NCBI GenBank assembly: GCA_013416795.1
Contig: RQSC01000001.1
Coordinates: 101,378 to 165,377 of the forward strand
Origin: Prasinococcaceae sp. CCMP 1430
Taxonomy: Eukaryota > Plantae > Prasinodermophyta
DNA: 64,000 bases
Direction: 5' to 3'
Within the stretch, counting starts at the first letter, position 1; every line of letters begins with the position of its first letter. The notes below the pieces were generated by a model. The model worked only from the letters and a program-made list of their open reading frames with translations, was not told where the DNA came from and searched no databases. Positions 1-9,314 of the stretch are shown in pieces. The translations under genes and the position numbers were made by a program.

Positions 1-1
1 C

Positions 2-94
2 GCGCGGCTGCGGGCGCTCCGCGCGAGCGCCGCCGCGCAGCTCGACGAGCTCCACGAGGGGGCAGCCGGACGGCGCGCGCGCGGCGGCCAATAA
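2..94 (+). CDS. Possible 3' end of a gene entering from the left edge (ARLRALRASAAAQLDELHEG...GQ*)
   Basis: Open frame with GC3-rich codons from base 2 to TAA at 92-94, followed by an AT-richer UTR-like stretch. No recognisable domain. Confidence 0.3.
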   Translation, partial: ARLRALRASAAAQLDELHEGAAGRRARGGQ

Positions 95-217
95 TTCATA
101 ATTCTTGGTATCACGATTCGCATTGCCGTGCGCCCGCGAGCCGGCGCCAACCACCCAACGCCACCTCACATCCACACGCAAATAAGTAAGAGATGAGAAG
201 ACAGTCGCACGGCAAAC

Positions 218-261
218 GCCATGCGAAAGTGACCTGACAGCCATGCCAAAGTGACCTGACA
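218..261. repeat. 22-bp tandem duplication (GCCATGC[G/C]AAAGTGACCTGACA x2)
   Basis: Two adjacent copies at 218-239 and 240-261 differ by one base. Confidence 0.9.
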
Positions 262-1389
262 GCACCGGAACGGTCGCTCGTGTGTGGGACCGCCGAGGCA
301 ATGCGGCGCGACCTCGCGGCGCGACGAGTGGCGAACTTCGGGGCGACCCTCAACGCGTGCACTTCATCGTAGAAATATTCGCATGGGGTTTGATGTGGAT
401 GGGTGCATATGAATGTAGTTTGACCTCTGGCAGCAAAAGCACGGCATCTCGTTCGGTCGCGCACCGCGCGCGGGCCACACATCGCACGCGCCGCGCGGTG
501 GGTGTGGGGGGGGGAGGGGGGAGGGGAAGAGGGAGGCTAAGGGCTGGCGCGGGCGCCGGGGGCGTTCGAAAGGGGTCGCGGCTAGGATCGGCGCGGCGCG
601 GAGGTCTCTCTCGGCCTCCGCGTCCGCCCAGCGGACTCTGAGGGGCGGCGAGGGAGGGGCGCGACGCGGCGGGAGCGAGGAGCGTCTCGGGGCTGTTGGT
701 GGTCACGTAGGTGGCCGCGCGCCCCCGCTGCGCGCCCGGCGCCCCTCGGCGGCGCCGACAATGAGTGCCGCGCGCAAAAAAAAAGGAGCGCGCCGCCGCA
801 GCCGCGCTGCGCAGCAGCGCGTCGGCCCGCCCGCCATCAAATCGCACGGAAACGGCTCGCCGTGCCCCTTGGCAATCAGATCGTCGCGGGCGCATGCAAA
901 GGACCGAGAACTGATGACGCAACTGAACCAAAAATGAACACCGACCAACACCCGTCGACGAGGAATTAGAATTCCCGACAGACTGCGCTTTCGCTTTCGT
1001 CGTCAATTGCACGTTGCTTTGCATACGCGAATTGATTGCATTGGCGCCAGCGTAACCGTAATTTGATGTGCAAGTGTGCACAGGCGAAGGCACCCACGAG
1101 CGGCGGGCGCATGATCGACGTGCCGCGCAACAGCCCACGTGCAGCGCCGCCCCTCTACCTCCGCGGGCTCTCGAGCGCCGAGCCGCTGCCGGCTCGTCCT
1201 CCCGGGCGGGGCCACACGCGCGGCGCACCGCGCCGCGCAGCATCGCCGCGCGCTGCGCGCCGCGCGGCTGCGCGCGGGAGCCGGCCGCTGGCTGCAAAAC
1301 CCCGACAGGGGCCGTGGGTGGGTGCATTGCTTCGCCCGACGAAGCGCGCCTCGCGAGGCGGGTTGTCGCCGTCCTCGCGTCACGGCACC

Positions 1390-3249
1390 ATGGCCCCCTC
1401 CTCCTCGTCAAGCGTGGGGAGGCTGTCGACGCACGGGTACGTGCTGGCGCAGATCACGCCCAGATGCCGGGCCGCGGCCGCGGCTGGAAGTGAGGACGAG
1501 CTCGTCGAGGAGCGGAGCCTCGAGTGCGAGGTGTGCCTGGACGTTCGAGACGCGGGAGACCCCGTCGCGTTCGCGGCCGCGGCGCGAGCGGCGGCCACGC
1601 GTGGCGGACGTGCGGCCGTGGCGGGTGCTGCGACCGCCGCCGCCGCTCGATCGCAAGGCGCCTCCACATCTGCCGCCGGGGACTCGAGCAATTCAGTGTA
1701 CGTCGCGGCGTTGGAAAAGCTGGCGATGCGACTCGCCGAGGACGGCCGAGGAGCGCGGCGCGGCTTCGCCGCAGACGTGCGCACGATTGATGCCGACATG
1801 AAGCGAACGCCCCATCCCCGCGCGGGTGCGCTCGTGGCCGCTGCGAGTGCGATGGCCCCGGAAGATGACGGCGGAAGCAAGGTCTCATCCTCTCCTCTCG
1901 CGCCGGCGGCATTGCTCTCGTCTACGCGCCTGGTGCTGCTGTCGCGCGCACTGCAGAGCAGAGAGGGGTATTGCCAGGGCATGAACCACGTCGCTGCGAT
2001 GCTCCTCGATGCGCTAGACGCGCCCGAGAGCGCGCACCGCGGCGCGAGCGCCGCCAAGCGCGCGTGCGCGCTTGCGGCGCTGGAGGCCCTGTCACGTGCG
2101 CTTCCAGACTACTGGAACAGGAGCATTGCGGGCGTGAACGCGGACCTGCAAGTGCTGCGCGCCCTGTGCCGCATGCTACTGCCGTCAGTTTCCGCGCACC
2201 TGGACGCACTCGGCGTAGAGCTCGCATGGGTAATGCCCTCCATAATCGTCAGCGCCGGTGCTGGCGTGTTGCCGTACAACACCGCGGCGTGGGTCGTGGC
2301 GATGTGCCTGGACAGCGGCCATCGCGCGCCGTTGCTGTACACGACGCTGGCCGTCATAAAGACTGTGGAGGCCGAGCTCCTCCGCGAGTACGACGCCGGG
2401 CGCGCTCTGGTGCTGCTCGGAAGTGCTGCAAGGCGCGCCGACATACGCAGGCCGCAATTCATCCACACCGTTGTCAACTACTTCGCGCTTGGCCTGTCAT
2501 GCCAGGATATCGATGCGTTCACGCCAGTTGCGGAGGAACTCCCCAACCCGCCAGCACTACTTTGCGCGCTGTGCGGGCAGGCGATCGACAGCTGCCTGCA
2601 GGCCCCGCCCCGTGGCGACGCTACCGACGAATCCCCACCGCGCCGCCGAGAAGCCGACAGCGAAGACGTCGCTAGCGCAAGCGCCCGAACGGCGACCCCT
2701 CTGCGTAGGCAGCAGAGCGGCCCGGCCGGACTGCGCGTGCCGACGTCCGAGCCAACACGTAGAACAGCTTCGCGCACGACCTCTCGGAGCAATGGAGCCG
2801 GTGGGCGTGCCCACACTGGCGCCGGATCTGTGAGCGGTGATGACGAGAGAGCCGGCCAAAGCGCCTCGCGCAGCGTCCAGAAGGAGCGCGAGAGGCATAG
2901 CCATTCGCTGAAAAGGAGCAGCAGCAGCAAAAATCTCTCGCAGCAGTCGACATCGGAGTCGCTCGAATACCTCGGGCCTTCCGTCGCGCAACTGAGATCA
3001 CTGGAGGATGACGTGCGCGCCAAAGATGGGCAGATTGCGATGCTGCAGGGCGTGCTGCAAGAGCTTACGCTGCAAGTCGATGCTTTGGAAGACGAGCGCG
3101 AGCTGCAGGTGGCAGCAATGAAGAACACGCTGGTGGCGCTCGAGAATCAGTTGCAGGTCGCGCAAGCAGACGCCGCACAAGGCTGGGCGCGCGCAGTGGC
3201 GCTTGGCGTCGAGAAGAGGGTTAGCGCTTGGCAGCACCCGCCTGCGTGA
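1390..3249 (+). CDS. TBC-domain (Rab-GAP) protein with C-terminal coiled coil
   Basis: TBC motifs IDADMKRT (IxxDxxR finger) and YCQGMNHVAAMLL (YxQ finger); heptad-rich C-terminus. Start taken at ATG 1390; the frame is open from 1036. Confidence 0.85.
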   Translation: MAPSSSSSVGRLSTHGYVLAQITPRCRAAAAAGSEDELVEERSLECEVCLDVRDAGDPVAFAAAARAAATRGGRAAVAGAATAAAARSQGASTSAAGDSSNSVYVAALEKLAMRLAEDGRGARRGFAADVRTIDADMKRTPHPRAGALVAAASAMAPEDDGGSKVSSSPLAPAALLSSTRLVLLSRALQSREGYCQGMNHVAAMLLDALDAPESAHRGASAAKRACALAALEALSRALPDYWNRSIAGVNADLQVLRALCRMLLPSVSAHLDALGVELAWVMPSIIVSAGAGVLPYNTAAWVVAMCLDSGHRAPLLYTTLAVIKTVEAELLREYDAGRALVLLGSAARRADIRRPQFIHTVVNYFALGLSCQDIDAFTPVAEELPNPPALLCALCGQAIDSCLQAPPRGDATDESPPRRREADSEDVASASARTATPLRRQQSGPAGLRVPTSEPTRRTASRTTSRSNGAGGRAHTGAGSVSGDDERAGQSASRSVQKERERHSHSLKRSSSSKNLSQQSTSESLEYLGPSVAQLRSLEDDVRAKDGQIAMLQGVLQELTLQVDALEDERELQVAAMKNTLVALENQLQVAQADAAQGWARAVALGVEKRVSAWQHPPA

Positions 3250-3425
3250 CAGCCAGTGTGCTCAGCATTGGTGCGCTTGCATCTGCCATTCGTTACATGC
3301 ATGAACTCATTCTTGCCGGCAGGTAGTCTAGCTTGACGTTCTGGGGGTGCACACTTGGCGCGCAAGTCTGTCACGGTGCACCGCGCACCCCTCCCTCCGT
3401 GCCTCCCACGCACGGGCTCGCGGGC

Positions 3426-4130
3426 TCACAGGAGGGCCAGTCGCGCCCGCGTCGGTCCTGGCTGCTTGCGAGGACGCCGCCTACGAATGGCGTAGGGGTT
3501 CGCCCTCACCAGCATGCGCTGCGGTCGTTGGCGCACGGCGGCTCCCACGAGCAGGGGTGCGACGACATGCCGGGAGCAGGCATCACAATCCTCCCCATTC
3601 TTGACGCATAGCTCTCGAATGCGAACCTCGCCCATGAGAGTGGTGCTTGGAGCGACGCCGCGGAAGCGTATGCGCGCTCGCATTGGGCGGTTGCGCGGAA
3701 AGCTCGCGTACCGTCGCTTTCGGACCGCTGGCGTGCCATCGCACCCTTCGTTGGGTTCGCTATCGTACTCGCTGTAGTCATCACTGTCCTCGTTGGCATC
3801 GCTTGCCATGCATTGTCCGCTGTCGGAGCCTCGCGAGCTTTCTTCTGTCCCAGCACGCAGGCAGCTATACGGCACGTCGCGCTGTATGCCGTCATCGCAC
3901 AACACGCGGGCGGTGGTGGCGTCGCGCCGAGCACTGCGTGTGCTGCCGACGAAGGGCTCGAGAGAGAGACTCGCGGCCCTCGCTCGCGTGCGCACCGCGT
4001 TGCCATGGGTGGCACGCAAAGGACGAGCAGTGTCGAGCAGGATCCCGCGATGGCCCGCCGCGGCGCGGCTCGCAGCCGTGACATACACCACAGCACCTGC
4101 CGTGAATGGATGCTGTCGATGCGTTGACAT
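3426..4130 (-). CDS. Hypothetical protein (MSTHRQHPFTAGAVVYV...)
   Basis: Protein-like ORF with an acidic patch, a KRKR-like basic patch and a CxxC (CDAC). No family recognised. Confidence 0.45.
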   Translation of the reverse strand: MSTHRQHPFTAGAVVYVTAASRAAAGHRGILLDTARPLRATHGNAVRTRARAASLSLEPFVGSTRSARRDATTARVLCDDGIQRDVPYSCLRAGTEESSRGSDSGQCMASDANEDSDDYSEYDSEPNEGCDGTPAVRKRRYASFPRNRPMRARIRFRGVAPSTTLMGEVRIRELCVKNGEDCDACSRHVVAPLLVGAAVRQRPQRMLVRANPYAIRRRRPRKQPGPTRARLALL

Positions 4131-4430
4131 GGCCGCCGGACGCGAGCACGCGTGGCTTGGGTGGCGCGCGTGCGTGGCCGCGCGCGCAGCCGCGCGCGCA
4201 GCCGCGCGTGCACCTTCGGCACGTACGCTAGCCCGCCCACTCGGCACACCCGCGCCTTTTCTCGCGCGTCGTGTGCCACACGCAGGTCGCCACCCCCACC
4301 CCGCCCATTCCCCCTCCCTGCCCCCACGCCAGCCTGGCGCTCGGCGTTCCGTCCCGGCGATTTCGCAGGTCAAATCCGAAAGGCGCAAAACACGCGGAAA
4401 TTTTCTCATTTGGAACAAAAGCCGCCTCTG

Positions 4431-7400
4431 TTACGCTTTGGGCGTCGGAAGCAGCGCGTCGCCGACGCGCAGCGTGCACGCGCCGCCCTCCCCGGCGAGC
4501 GCCGCTGGCTCGTCGAGGTCCATAAGCACGCCGAAGGTCGCTCCACGCCCGCGCCGCCGCCGCGCGAGTGCGGCCAAGGCACCGCCGCGCGCCGCGCGCA
4601 GAGTGCCGCGCGTGGCGCGGTCGACGCGCACCGCCGAGCAGCGAGTGCACTCACCTACCACGCGCGCGTGCACACGCGCGCCAAGCCATGCAGCCGACCA
4701 CGTCTCTTCCGTCCACGCTGGCACTGAACGACCGCGCGCGTCCCTCGCGCCAACCACGACGTTTGGCCTGAAGTCGAGGGCGTCCATCGGTCGCTCACCG
4801 TCACCGCCGCCTGCCGCCTTGATGAGGCCGTTGAGCACCGCCACAGACGACTCGGTCACAACCAGCAGCTGCGCCTCGTTGGTGAACGCGCGCTGCGACG
4901 CCGGCTTCGGAGTGCCAGCCATGATGACGGGAGAGTGCAAAGCCAACTCGTCCAACGCGTCGCGACGCGCACTTGGAGCACTTGTCCCGTTTGCGCCAGC
5001 CGCGCGCTTGCGCCGAATCACCTCCTCGCGGAACGACGCAGCCACGCCCGCGGACGGCGCTCTCGAGCCAGCGCGCTCCGTCGAATCGAAGCCGAAGCGC
5101 ACCAGCGAACACGGCACCCCGGTGGCATCCATGAGCCACTCGGCCAAGTCATCAGGTGGTGGCAGCGACTCGCGCTGAGCGCACTGCTCCCCCACTGCGT
5201 CACCGCGAGCACCCGCTCGTTCGAGGGGCCGCGCGTGCGCCTGGTCCGGGTCCGCCCAAAAAGGAATCCGGAAGTCCTCGCGCTTGCCACGCAGGTCATG
5301 GCTGAGCACGAGCACGCAGCACTCGGTAGTCTCATCAGCAGGTACCTCCACGGCCGCGCTGATTGCCGCCAGGCGGGGATGGTCACGCAGCGAGAGCACT
5401 CGGCCTGTTGCGTCGTGCACAAGCGCCCACTCGCGGTCGAAGCGCAGGCCGCGCGCGTCCACGCTCCACGCTCGCACGTTCATTCCACACAGGCTCTTCA
5501 CTGGGTACACGAAGAGCGAGGAGATGGTGAGCCCCATCGCCGCAGCACCATTGCACCCCGTCTCTTCGCAGTCGGCGCCTTCGTCACTCTGCACGAGCGC
5601 AGACGGAGCAGGCGCCCTCGGAGAGGGCGCGGTGGCTCGGCGAGAGGCAGGGAAAGAGGCGGCTTTCGCATCGGCGGCGGTGCCCGCGCCTTCGCAGAAG
5701 ACACCGCGGATGCACTCAATCGCCGCGTCGGCGTCCTCAAACGTCGACATATGGCAGAATGACAACCGCACGGCGCCGGTGGGCTGGCCATCCACCAAAC
5801 CGCCCCCTGTGTCGGCGCATGGATTGAGCCCTGCTCTGCCGCGCTCCACAATGAGACTCGATGGCGCGCCGATCGCCTCCTGGCACGCGCCGGGGTTGCA
5901 GAAGCAGCCGGCGCGAAGCACGATCCCGCACGCCTCGGCGGCCCTCCAGACGTCCCAGTGCCCAGTGTGCTCGCCACTGGCACTGAGCACGCTGAATGCG
6001 ACCGTCGCCCCTTGCCTCTCGTTACGCTCGCCGCCGAAGAGCGCCTGCGCCGCTGCATGCGGTCCCGCTGGGTCGGCCGCGAGGGCCGCGGGCGATCCGT
6101 GAAGCACGCACACTGGCGCACCATTCGCGTGCACCATCGCTGCGAGCGAAGCCGCAGCGTGCGCCGCGACCGCGCGCGCGTGCGCATCGCCGCGCGTCCC
6201 CCATCCCTCCAGCGTCGCCAGCACCGGTGCGACGCACGCTATTTCCGCGAATGGTGGCGTGCCGTGCTCGAGCCGGGGGGCGCACAGCGTCGGGGCCGCC
6301 CCCCCGCCGTCGCCCGCGTCCCCGCTTGCGCGCGCGTCTCCGCGCCGCACGACGACGTCCGCATCGACTGCAGCCGCATCGATCGTGCCACCGCCGAAGA
6401 AGCCCGTGCGCAGCACTGCCGCCGCGGTGTGCCGCCGCACGAGCAGCGCGCCCAGAGCGGTCGGGTAGCCCACCATCTTGTAGAGGGAGACCGCGACCAT
6501 GTCGGCCGCGTGCCACGCGCCAAGGTCAAAGGCGCCGCTGCCGGCCGCGCGTGCGGCGTCAACGACGCAGAACGCACGCTCGCACCCTTTCACCCGCGCG
6601 GCAGCGTACGCCTTGCCCGCGGCGGCGGCCTCAGGCGTGTAACGCGTGCCGCTGAAGTTGCACTCGGCCGGTAGCACGAAGACAGCGAGCGACTCGCCCT
6701 TGCCCTCGGCGCCGGCGGTCGGCGGGCGGTCGAGCGCGCGGCGGAAGGCGCCCACCTCACGCGGTGCGGCGCCTTCGGCGGCGTCGATGTCAACGCATAC
6801 GGCCTCCGCGCCCTCGGCGAGCGCGTACTCGCGCATGCCGAGCGCGCTCGTGTGGTTGGAGCGCGAGTGCACGAATGCGGCGGCGCCGCACGCAGCACGC
6901 CACGGCAGCGCCTCAGCGGCGAGACGCAGTGCAGCGGTCGCACCCGAGGTCCACACGACCTCCCACTCAGCCATGCGCGCGGCATCGCGCACGCCCAGCC
7001 GCGCGAGCAGCGCCGCGCGCGCGTGCCCCTCGGCGTCCGCCGCGCCCCGGGCTGCGAGCCCCCCGCTGTGCGGGTTGCCGAGCAATGGAGCGCCACCCCC
7101 GCCGCCGCCGCCGCCGTCCGCAAGCAGGGCTTCCGCAGCCGCGCGCACCGCCGACGCGGCGTACGGCACCGCCCCGCCAGCATCGCAGTACGCCACGCCC
7201 TCCAGGCGCGCGTACTCCTCCCGCCGCAGCGCGTCGACGTCCACCCGCCCGCCCCCGGCGTACGCACCTCCGTGCCGCGCCTCGAACGCCGTGCGCCGCG
7301 CCTCGAACGCCGCGATACCAGCACACAACGAGGAATCGGATCTGAGCCGCGCGTTCCTGTGCGGGTGCGTGCGCCCCACCCACAGCGCGTCCGCGGGAGA

Positions 7401-7566
7401 CGAGAGCGCACGCGCGGCGGTGCGGGTGGTGGTGGTGTGTGCGGGGGGGGGGACGCGGCGGCGCAGGGGCGCGGCGGTGGGCGCTGCGGTGGCAGTCGTA
7501 CCCACGCGCGCGGCGGGATTGCAAGGGCCGGGGCCGCGCTCGATCCGACCCGCGCATGCGCGGGCC
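4431..7566 (-). CDS. ABA3: Molybdenum cofactor sulfurase (NifS-like PLP domain + MOSC_N + MOSC); 5' end uncertain, near gap
   Basis: Motifs GNPHS, TSGATAAL, NHTSALGMRE, AECNFSG, SLYKMVGYPTALGALLV, LRAGCFCNPGAC, GAVRLSF, LFVYPVKS, FDREWAL, FTNEAQLL, FRPNVVV and CTRC. Confidence 0.95.
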
Positions 7567-7644
7567 NNNNNNNNNNNNNNNNNNNNNNNNNNNNNNNNNN
7601 NNNNNNNNNNNNNNNNNNNNNNNNNNNNNNNNNNNNNNNNNNNN

Positions 7645-8492
7645 CGCGGCGCAGCTGCGCGGGATGGGCTTCCCCGTGGGGGGCGGCGGCGGCGGGGCGG
7701 CAGCCGAGTGGGTCGCCACGGCCGCAGCAGCAGCCAGCAGCGGCGGCGGCAGCTGCGACGACGACGCGCTTGCGGCAGCGGCACTCGACTCAGACTTCGG
7801 GGCGGGAGGTGGAGCGGACGGCGCTGACGGTGCGGTCGGCGGCGGCCACGGCGCCGACGCCGGCAACAACATGCTGCCTGCGGGCGTGTCGGGGATGTTG
7901 CAGGGCGTGTTGAGCGTGCGCGTCGTCATGCAGGTGGATGAGGTGGTCGACATCGGCGCTGCCGCACGCGAGCGCTACGTGGGGTGCGACGGCGGCGCGA
8001 CGGGCGGCGCGCCTACGCCCGCCCGCGCTTCGCGCGTGCTGAAGCTGCGGCTCACCGATGGCGCACAGCGCGTGACGGCGGTAGAGTACAAGTGAGAAGC
8101 CGCAGCGACGCGCACAAGCGCGCGCTCATACAAGCGCGTGCGCACGCACTCGCTTCCACTCGCACCGCGTCTTCGCGAGTACGACTGTGTCGTCGAGAGG
8201 GCGCGGGGGAAGGGGGGGAAAGAGAGAGAGGGAAGCTGTCCGGGTGCGGTCGCGAGAGAGGCCGGTACGGACGCCCGTGGTTCGACCGGTATGATGGCGC
8301 GCACGTGCGGCGCGGCTTGCTGCTGCTCACACCAGACGTTGTGCGCGTGCTTGGCGGCCGGGTGAGTTTCCTCGAGGCCGCGCGTGTCGCGGCAGTAGAA
8401 GCGTGGAATGAGCCTGCGCGCGGGCGTGGGGTGCCGCGCGCCGAGAGGGCGAGGCGAGCTGCCGCCAGAGCGATGGGGGCGCCAGCGGGCGC

Positions 8493-8529
<37 letters not shown>

Positions 8530-9222
8530 CAGGAGCAGCAGCAGGAGCAGGAGCAGCAGTACCACCACCACCAGCGAGCGCATCCGCCGACGGAGCTGAC
8601 TGCACCCACGCAGAGGTACACGCAGGGACCGCAGCAACCCCAGCAATATCAGCAGCCACAGCAGCAAATTCGGCAGCAGCAACAGCAGCCATCAGCGCAC
8701 TTCAACACGCAGCAGCAGACGGCGCCGTACAACGCAACCAACACGAGAGATGTGGGGCGGCAGGGTGACGGTGCGGTGACGGTTGCGATGGTGCCCACGG
8801 GCACGTTCGCCTCCCTGGCGCCACCTGCCGTCACCGCGGTGCGCGTGCGCGCCCGCCTGAAGACATCGCATCGGCTGAGCACGAGCAAGGGCATCTACGA
8901 GCTGCGCGTGCTCGCTGAGGACAGCGCGGGCAACGTCACCGAGGCGCTGATCGCCTCTAGCATCATCGAGGAGCACGTGGGCGTGGCGTGCGCTGAGTTT
9001 GACCGCCTCAAGCGCGAGGCGATGGACGAGGCCAAGCGGCGCATCGCGCCGCTCCAGACTTTCTTGCGCGGATTCAAAGGTGCCATGGACGTGCGCGTGT
9101 CGCAGGACCTGCCCGTGCCGCTCATCACACGCATGGCACCGCTGCCCGAACATGAGGCCCCTCGAGGTGACGGCGGAGACGGCGGCCACTCCGACGCAGC
9201 GCACAAGCGCAGGCGCACATGA
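7645..9222 (+). CDS. RMI1: RecQ-mediated genome instability protein 1 (OB1 + polyQ linker + C-terminal OB); 5' in gap; intron 8092-8240 (acceptor visible only after in-place complementation)
   Basis: QVDEVVDIG, LKLRLTDGAQRVTAVEYK and RRGLLLLTPDVVRVLGGRV match the RMI1 N-terminal OB fold; the C-terminal region resembles RMI1_C. Confidence 0.85.
8165..8292. other. Segment complemented in place (not reversed) across the RMI1 intron/exon junction; left edge approximate
   Basis: The base-by-base complement gives GCTGAC (8182-8187), a pyrimidine tract and CAG (8238-8240). It then reads in frame (K)PTPALSPAMPAGTKLAI and joins DGAHVRRG. Confidence 0.9.
8494..8559 (+). repeat. (CAG)n / CAGGAG polyglutamine tract in RMI1 linker
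   Basis: Eleven uninterrupted CAG followed by mixed GAG/CAG units. Confidence 0.95.
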
Positions 9223-9314
9223 GAAGGACGCACATGAGGGCGACAGGCGGAGGACGCGGACAGAGAGTCTGACAATTTTTAATCAATAATGTACAGGAAG
9301 GACTGGTGTCCAGA

